Notes under the pieces: generated by a model
What the model saw: only the letters and a program-made list of their open reading frames with translations
Databases searched by the model: none
Told to the model about the DNA's origin: nothing
From: a virus
Taxonomy: Duplodnaviria > Caudoviricetes
Length of the DNA stretch: 29,569 bases
IMG/VR virus record: IMGVR_UViG_3300047546_000049
Span: 1 to 29,569 of that record
Reading direction: 5' to 3' (one strand)
Shown here: one piece after another, positions 25,089 through 29,569 of the stretch
Position numbering within the stretch: the first letter of the stretch is position 1
How the letters are laid out: each line of letters begins with the position of its first letter
Made by a program: the position numbers and the translations under genes

Positions 25089-25582
25089 TAGGTTAATCCA
25101 CCACCGCTAATCACGAATGTATTTGCTGCAACACAAAGAAGAGTTGCAAGACCTCTCTGAGCGAGCGTTCTGTTACCTGTTGTGGCTGTACCAACTTGAT
25201 ATATTGTAACGTTAGTATTTTGAGTGATTGTAATGGATGAGGCTGAGTTATTATAAACGGTAATGTTATCGCCAGCTGAGAATATGGCATTAGGTACGAA
25301 TACATTACCTGTTGTTATAGCAATCATTTTACCATGATCAGATATTGTGAGTAGATATGGGCCTGTTTGATTGTTTACAGGCACATCTCTGAGTTCACCT
25401 TTGCTGTCGCTAATTAAACCGCTTGATGTTATGTTGTTGGCCACAGTCAGGTTGCCATTGCTACCTAGAGGGCTACTAATGTTCACATTACCCGTCACGG
25501 TGACAAGGTTATTCGCATCGAACGTAACTGTATTGTTCGGTGATGCTTGATTCTTTAGATATGTAACTCTCAGCGTTGACAT
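25088..25582 (-). CDS. Short tail-fibre adapter (cassette 2)
   Basis: MSTLRV N-terminus; same conserved C-terminal domain ending FVISGGGLT. Confidence 0.7.
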   Translation of the reverse strand: MSTLRVTYLKNQASPNNTVTFDANNLVTVTGNVNISSPLGSNGNLTVANNITSSGLISDSKGELRDVPVNNQTGPYLLTISDHGKMIAITTGNVFVPNAIFSAGDNITVYNNSASSITITQNTNVTIYQVGTATTGNRTLAQRGLATLLCVAANTFVISGGGLT

Positions 25583-25591
25583 TGTTCTTCC

Positions 25592-25813
25592 TTAGATTAT
25601 CTGTGGTGCTTCTGGCTTAACATTGGCTGGTACTATTCTCCAATCATCGTCGTAGAATATCAGCACACAATCTTTATTCTCTTCTGTTGCGGGTGGTATG
25701 TTTTGGTTGAAGGTCCATCCGCATCCCTCTTTTAATGTTGTGTTTTGAGGAAACAATCTTTTCTCACCATTGATAAGTCTTGTTTCTGGATCATAACCAA
25801 GTGCGATACGCAT
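25592..25813 (-). CDS. Small protein resembling the tail-fibre assembly (Tfa-like) N-terminal domain (cassette 1)
   Basis: YDPET....G...T....PP......IF....W.IV pattern; GAGG SD; ATAAATA at 25824-25830. Confidence 0.5.
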   Translation of the reverse strand: MRIALGYDPETRLINGEKRLFPQNTTLKEGCGWTFNQNIPPATEENKDCVLIFYDDDWRIVPANVKPEAPQII

Positions 25814-25826
25814 TTTGTTCCTCTAT

Positions 25827-27401
25827 TTATGATGGGCTAAACAGCGATGTTGAACCTGTATAAATCTTAAAGTTATTGACGTAAAGAACACCTGTACCTG
25901 GTCTATAACTACCAGCAGCATAGTAGTTAGCGATACTCAGAAAACCGCTAGATGATCCAGTTCTACCTACACCAGTAGATACAAGATTTCCGTCAATATA
26001 AAGATTTATACCTGTACTACCATTGTATGTGATATTTACCCAATATACCCGATTTTGTGTGAGTACATAGTCTGCGCCACCTTCTGCGGCCATGATTCTA
26101 TCGGTACCATTACTGAAACCGGTATACCATCTTTCTTGGTTATTGACCCAGTTAGCCACTAAGGCCGCATACTGGCTTACTGCACCTGTTCTTACAAGGA
26201 AGAAACCGCATGACATTGTGCCGCTTTGAGTCCATGAACCAGCCGTGCCGTCCCACCACCAATACTTGCTACCAAAATCAATCCAGTTGCTTTCAAGTCT
26301 AGATGTATCCCAACTTCCGCCAGATAGACCAGCAAGAGTTGTTGTTGTAAGTGTACCGCCTGTTGATGGTGATACTGTAAATGATTCTGTTGTAGATCCA
26401 CTTACGTTTTGTAAAGTTCCCCAAAGTGTGCCACCCGATGGTGTAGAGAATGTATAGATTGGGTTATATGCGCTGATTACAATTTTACCTGGAGATGCTA
26501 CACCTCCTGCTATACCTCTGTCTGAATCCGCAGAGTTACCTGGAGTTGTATTAGTACCAGCTGTTGTGACACCACTTGTCACACCGCCGATATATCCTGA
26601 TCCTCCGCCGCCGCCGGTGCCACCTACGCTACCTGATGCACCACCTGCACCACCGCCATAATATCCTCCGCCACCGCCGCCTGATCCATAACCATTGCTA
26701 TCGCCGGTAGCACCTCGGCCGCCACCACCTGGACTTCCTGCGGCGGCTGTAAATCCAGTTGGCCCATATTCTGCGCCTTGCAGAGCCGAACCATTGGCGC
26801 CGCCACCACCAGAACCACCACCAACACCGCCTGCTACTTGTGTACCACCTGTGGCTGTTGAATAAGTTAAATTTCCTACAGGACCTGCACCTGGGCTACT
26901 TTCACCAGATGATCCACCGCCTGCACCGGCTACAGCATTTCTGCCACCACCGCCGCCACCGCCAGCTATAACTCTTGCATTACCCTGAGTTTGGGTTGTA
27001 TTGAAAATACCGCTATATCCACCACCACCGCCGCCACCAAAATCAGTGCCGTTATTCGCACCAGCACCGCCAACAACAAGAACATATGTGTTACCGCTTA
27101 CAAGAGATAATACACCATTTGCGTATCCTCCAGCACCACCAGCAACATTGTTTGGAGCAGCACCAGAACCATATCCACCGCCTGCACCCCAAAGTTTAGT
27201 ATTGAATGACTTGTTGACGGCTGAAACGATTGTATATGTTCCGCCTGTTGCGAGAGTCAATGTTCCGTCAGCAGCGACATTCCATGTCGATTTACCACCA
27301 ACAGCCGGAGAGATAGTGAAGTCATAACTACCAGCGGCTCCACCAGATGCTACTGGCTTCTTAAAAAAACTTCCGCTGACAGTAAAACTATAAATTGTCA
27401 T
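25827..27401 (-). CDS. Glycine-rich adhesin (ALK/LTK-like Gly-rich type) fused to a C-terminal LamG/ConA-like domain (cassette 1)
   Basis: LWGAGGG, GG.GGY..G, IAGGGGGG, GGGGGYYGGG, GGGGSGY; the C-terminal part has YWVNITYNG...NLYIDG and INNF/VNNFKIY-type LamG ending. Confidence 0.72.
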   Translation of the reverse strand: MTIYSFTVSGSFFKKPVASGGAAGSYDFTISPAVGGKSTWNVAADGTLTLATGGTYTIVSAVNKSFNTKLWGAGGGYGSGAAPNNVAGGAGGYANGVLSLVSGNTYVLVVGGAGANNGTDFGGGGGGGYSGIFNTTQTQGNARVIAGGGGGGGRNAVAGAGGGSSGESSPGAGPVGNLTYSTATGGTQVAGGVGGGSGGGGANGSALQGAEYGPTGFTAAAGSPGGGGRGATGDSNGYGSGGGGGGYYGGGAGGASGSVGGTGGGGGSGYIGGVTSGVTTAGTNTTPGNSADSDRGIAGGVASPGKIVISAYNPIYTFSTPSGGTLWGTLQNVSGSTTESFTVSPSTGGTLTTTTLAGLSGGSWDTSRLESNWIDFGSKYWWWDGTAGSWTQSGTMSCGFFLVRTGAVSQYAALVANWVNNQERWYTGFSNGTDRIMAAEGGADYVLTQNRVYWVNITYNGSTGINLYIDGNLVSTGVGRTGSSSGFLSIANYYAAGSYRPGTGVLYVNNFKIYTGSTSLFSPS

Positions 27402-27886
27402 TAGGTCAGACCAACACCTGAGATTACAAACGAGTTAGCACCAACACAATAGACTGTAGCAAGACCACGACCTGCAAGAGTTTTTGCACCACCGTTACCT
27501 GTGTTACCAGCATCAAACATGATGACACCACTATTAGGCGTAATTGATTGTGATGAGTTAGAATTATTATAGATTACGATGTTGTCACCAACCGAGAAGA
27601 TAGCGTTTGGTACATAAACACCGCCAGTTGTGATAGAGATTGTCTGACCAACATCATTGGCTGTCAATCCATAAGCAGAAGTCTGACTGTTTAGAGGAAC
27701 TCTTCTGACGTTTCCTAGACCATCACTGAGAGTACCCGTGACACCAAGATTACCACCAACAGTGCCAGCACCAGTAGTTACGATGTTACCAGTATTTGCG
27801 GGTAGAGTGAGTGTGGCTGTAGCCGTTGATGCTGGTACATCTATCGTTACTGAACCGCCGGCTGTTGACTGAAGTTTAATAGGCAT
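27401..27886 (-). CDS. Short tail-fibre adapter (cassette 1)
   Basis: I.L....GGSV.I..P......LTLP...G fibre N-terminus; conserved C-terminal domain ending FVISGVGLT. Confidence 0.7.
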   Translation of the reverse strand: MPIKLQSTAGGSVTIDVPASTATATLTLPANTGNIVTTGAGTVGGNLGVTGTLSDGLGNVRRVPLNSQTSAYGLTANDVGQTISITTGGVYVPNAIFSVGDNIVIYNNSNSSQSITPNSGVIMFDAGNTGNGGAKTLAGRGLATVYCVGANSFVISGVGLT

Positions 27887-27912
27887 ATCGCTTTTACCTT
27901 TTTATCTCGTTT

Positions 27913-27920
27913 TATTTATA
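27913..27920 (-). promoter_or_regulatory. T4 late promoter TATAAATA
   Basis: Exact consensus containing the TAA stop of the upstream gene; heads the cassette array. Confidence 0.7.
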
Positions 27921-28317
27921 CGACTGTCCAGACGGAATTGGCTGGGATGGTGACTGTCACACCACCGTTGACTGTAACTGGCCCAAACGTGCCTGCATTA
28001 TAGCCGGTTGTGATAGTATAGTCATTTGAGACGTTTTGCTGATTCTCGAAGAATACTCTGTTATTACCACCACCGACAGCTCCCGTAGCAGGTACCCAAA
28101 TTTGTAATACAGGATCATATGCTTCAAGTGAGTTGAAGTCTGTATTAAATCGAACAGTACCGGCGATATTGGCTGTAGGGCGAGAACCTGTATTGCCTGA
28201 TGGGAAGATCATACCACCTGCACCCGTAATACGGATGAGATTGTTGCTCGCGATCAGGTCAATTCGGTTGGCACCTGTTGACTCAAACCAGACATTTGCG
28301 ACACTTAGAACTGACAT
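27916..28317 (-). CDS. Short tail-fibre/hub protein
   Basis: P.G.T..RP....G.VRFNT....E.Y....W fibre domain plus C-terminal GGG...VFFEN...V..DYTI...NA...GPVT...GVTVT......WTVV. Confidence 0.7.
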   Translation of the reverse strand: MSVLSVANVWFESTGANRIDLIASNNLIRITGAGGMIFPSGNTGSRPTANIAGTVRFNTDFNSLEAYDPVLQIWVPATGAVGGGNNRVFFENQQNVSNDYTITTGYNAGTFGPVTVNGGVTVTIPANSVWTVV

Positions 28318-28345
28318 TTTCTATCCTTTGAAAAGTTTTTCTTAG

Positions 28346-28353
28346 TATTTATA
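28346..28353 (-). promoter_or_regulatory. T4 late promoter TATAAATA
   Basis: Exact consensus containing the TAA stop of the upstream gene. Confidence 0.7.
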
Positions 28354-28666
28354 CGATGGAAACTCTAGCTCCGGTCTGAATCGTGAGCGTCTTTCCTGTG
28401 ATAACTGATAGTGGACCAACAGCAACCGCATTGTTGCCGCTATAGACTGTGACATTAGCAGACAGTGTATTGGCGTGCATACGGAAGATATCACCAATAC
28501 TACTACCTTCACCCCTCTCACCATTGTTACCTAGAAAGTAACCACCAGGCCCTTGGGTAGAGGTCGAACTCAACCAGACATTAGCAGCAGTATTGAATAT
28601 CCAAGTTGAACCGTTGGATGTATAGGTCTGCCCATTCGTTGGTGATGATGGAAAATTAATTGCCAT
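28349..28666 (-). CDS. Short tail-fibre/hub protein
   Basis: MAINFPSSP..GQTYT....W.F......W N-terminus; C-terminal NA...GP.....G.TLTI..G....IV, paralogous to the next gene. Confidence 0.7.
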   Translation of the reverse strand: MAINFPSSPTNGQTYTSNGSTWIFNTAANVWLSSTSTQGPGGYFLGNNGERGEGSSIGDIFRMHANTLSANVTVYSGNNAVAVGPLSVITGKTLTIQTGARVSIV

Positions 28667-28690
28667 TTAAGCCTGCTTGTTTTCTTTTAT

Positions 28691-29569
28691 TTATCTATCC
28701 GCAAATGCTTGATCTGGTACTGTCGTATTTGCTGTGTAGCGAGCCACCCCAGAAACACGAAGTTCGTCAATCCAACCGTTGTAGAAACTGGTTGCTGGAT
28801 TGTTACCATCGGCTCCTATGATAGGTCTATTTGTACCCATTATATAAGTCTGTGAATCAGTATATGTATTACCAGCCTGACTACCGTTAATAAACAATTT
28901 TGTTGATGTTCCGCTTTTTGATAGAGCAATATGATACCATTGATTGGCACTGAGAGACCATCCTGTTATCGTAAGGCCTGAGGCGGTATAATAATTCATC
29001 GAACCGCTCACGACAGCTAGTGTGGCATAGTTTGTTTGAGATGCGGTACCAGCCGGTCTAGAGTCAAATATTACTTGTGTTCCTGCTGTGGTGTTTAGAT
29101 ATATCCAAGATTCAATCGTAAAATCACTCTTACCAAAACCTGGTGTGATACCTATTGGCGCAACGTAATCTGATGTACCATTCAGTAAAAGACTGCTATC
29201 ACCAAATTTTTTCTGTGCAGTAGAAAGTTTTGCACCACCAAATGTTGCAAAACTCATTTTAGAAGTTTGATCAATTATCTTAGCATTAGTAAAACTCAAC
29301 AACATAGTTGTGTTATTGATTAGAGAAAGTGGTGATGTTGATGGTGTGAATGCAGACGAATATACTGCGCTCTTTGTTACTCTTATGTCGCTAAGATGTC
29401 CATATGTAGAGGCTCCTAGAGTATCACCAGCACCCCCTATTGTAAATTGACTAGAAACGCCATAATCATTTGTATCTGTATATGTTGTTGCGTTTGCAAC
29501 ACCGTTGACATAAAGTCGTGTAACACCGCTTGATCTTACTACAGCGATATGATACCATTGTCCAGTTAC
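28691..29569 (-). CDS. LamG/concanavalin-A-like repeat tail protein, 3' part (begins beyond window)
   Basis: The frame is open from the window edge (VTGQWYHIAVVRSSGVTRLYVNG...GHLSDIRVTK), so 29305 is not the start. Second repeat: DFTIESWIY...QWYHIA.......KLFING...GWIDELRVS..ARY. Confidence 0.85.
   Translation of the reverse strand, partial: VTGQWYHIAVVRSSGVTRLYVNGVANATTYTDTNDYGVSSQFTIGGAGDTLGASTYGHLSDIRVTKSAVYSSAFTPSTSPLSLINNTTMLLSFTNAKIIDQTSKMSFATFGGAKLSTAQKKFGDSSLLLNGTSDYVAPIGITPGFGKSDFTIESWIYLNTTAGTQVIFDSRPAGTASQTNYATLAVVSGSMNYYTASGLTITGWSLSANQWYHIALSKSGTSTKLFINGSQAGNTYTDSQTYIMGTNRPIIGADGNNPATSFYNGWIDELRVSGVARYTANTTVPDQAFADR

Larger units (their letters stand above)
23265..25135. repeat. 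Direct repeat at adapter 3' ends: 23265-23307 vs 25093-25135
   Basis: ttaatccaccaccgct-N4-acgaatgtatttgctgcaacaca; 39 of 43 nt identical by eye. Confidence 0.8.

Noticed and set aside
22606-27327. Plus-strand poly-Pro and His/Arg-rich ORFs
   Set aside because: They are reverse-complement artefacts of GGT/GGC glycine runs in the adhesin genes.
22376-27401. ccgcca/ccacca short repeats as CRISPR array or VNTR
   Set aside because: These are glycine codons in coding sequence, with no constant repeat-spacer periodicity.
23255-27405. Programmed frameshift fusing adapter and adhesin
   Set aside because: No slippery heptamer is visible at the three junctions; TAATG is ordinary translational coupling, also used at gp20/ART and gp14/gp15.
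22025-27886. Shufflon/invertible cassette or diversity-generating retroelement
   Set aside because: All cassettes are co-oriented complete genes. No invertase, reverse transcriptase, inverted crossover sites or adenine-specific TR/VR pair was seen in the window.
1-29569. Stop-codon reassignment, tRNA or structured ncRNA genes
   Set aside because: Core genes translate full-length in the standard code, and intergenic gaps are short and explained by promoters and terminators.

Overview
A 29.6 kb piece of a T4-like (T4 superfamily) myovirus genome, almost entirely on the minus strand. Read in transcription direction (right to left) it contains: (1) a tail-fibre/receptor-binding region with a LamG-repeat protein, two short hub proteins and three tandem cassettes, each an adapter, a glycine-rich adhesin and a small chaperone; (2) a QueC-like PP-loop enzyme and an oppositely oriented TctC/Bug periplasmic binding protein; (3) the conserved morphogenesis block gp13-14-15-16-17-18-19-20-(67)-(68)-21-22-23-3; (4) uvsY-uvsW, two conserved hypotheticals and the 5' end of the late sigma factor gp55. 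No gp24, hoc or soc follows gp23, as in marine/freshwater T4-like phages. The most unusual parts are an apparent capsid-cargo locus between portal and prohead protease (an ADP-ribosyltransferase with a capsid-targeting-like N-terminus and an altered active site, and a 764-aa protein punctuated by gp21-type cleavage sites) and the arrayed, apparently swappable adhesin cassettes ending in the QueC-like gene. Promoter form and the TctC type hint at an alphaproteobacterial host (inference). All assignments come from motif recognition and gene order; no searches were run.
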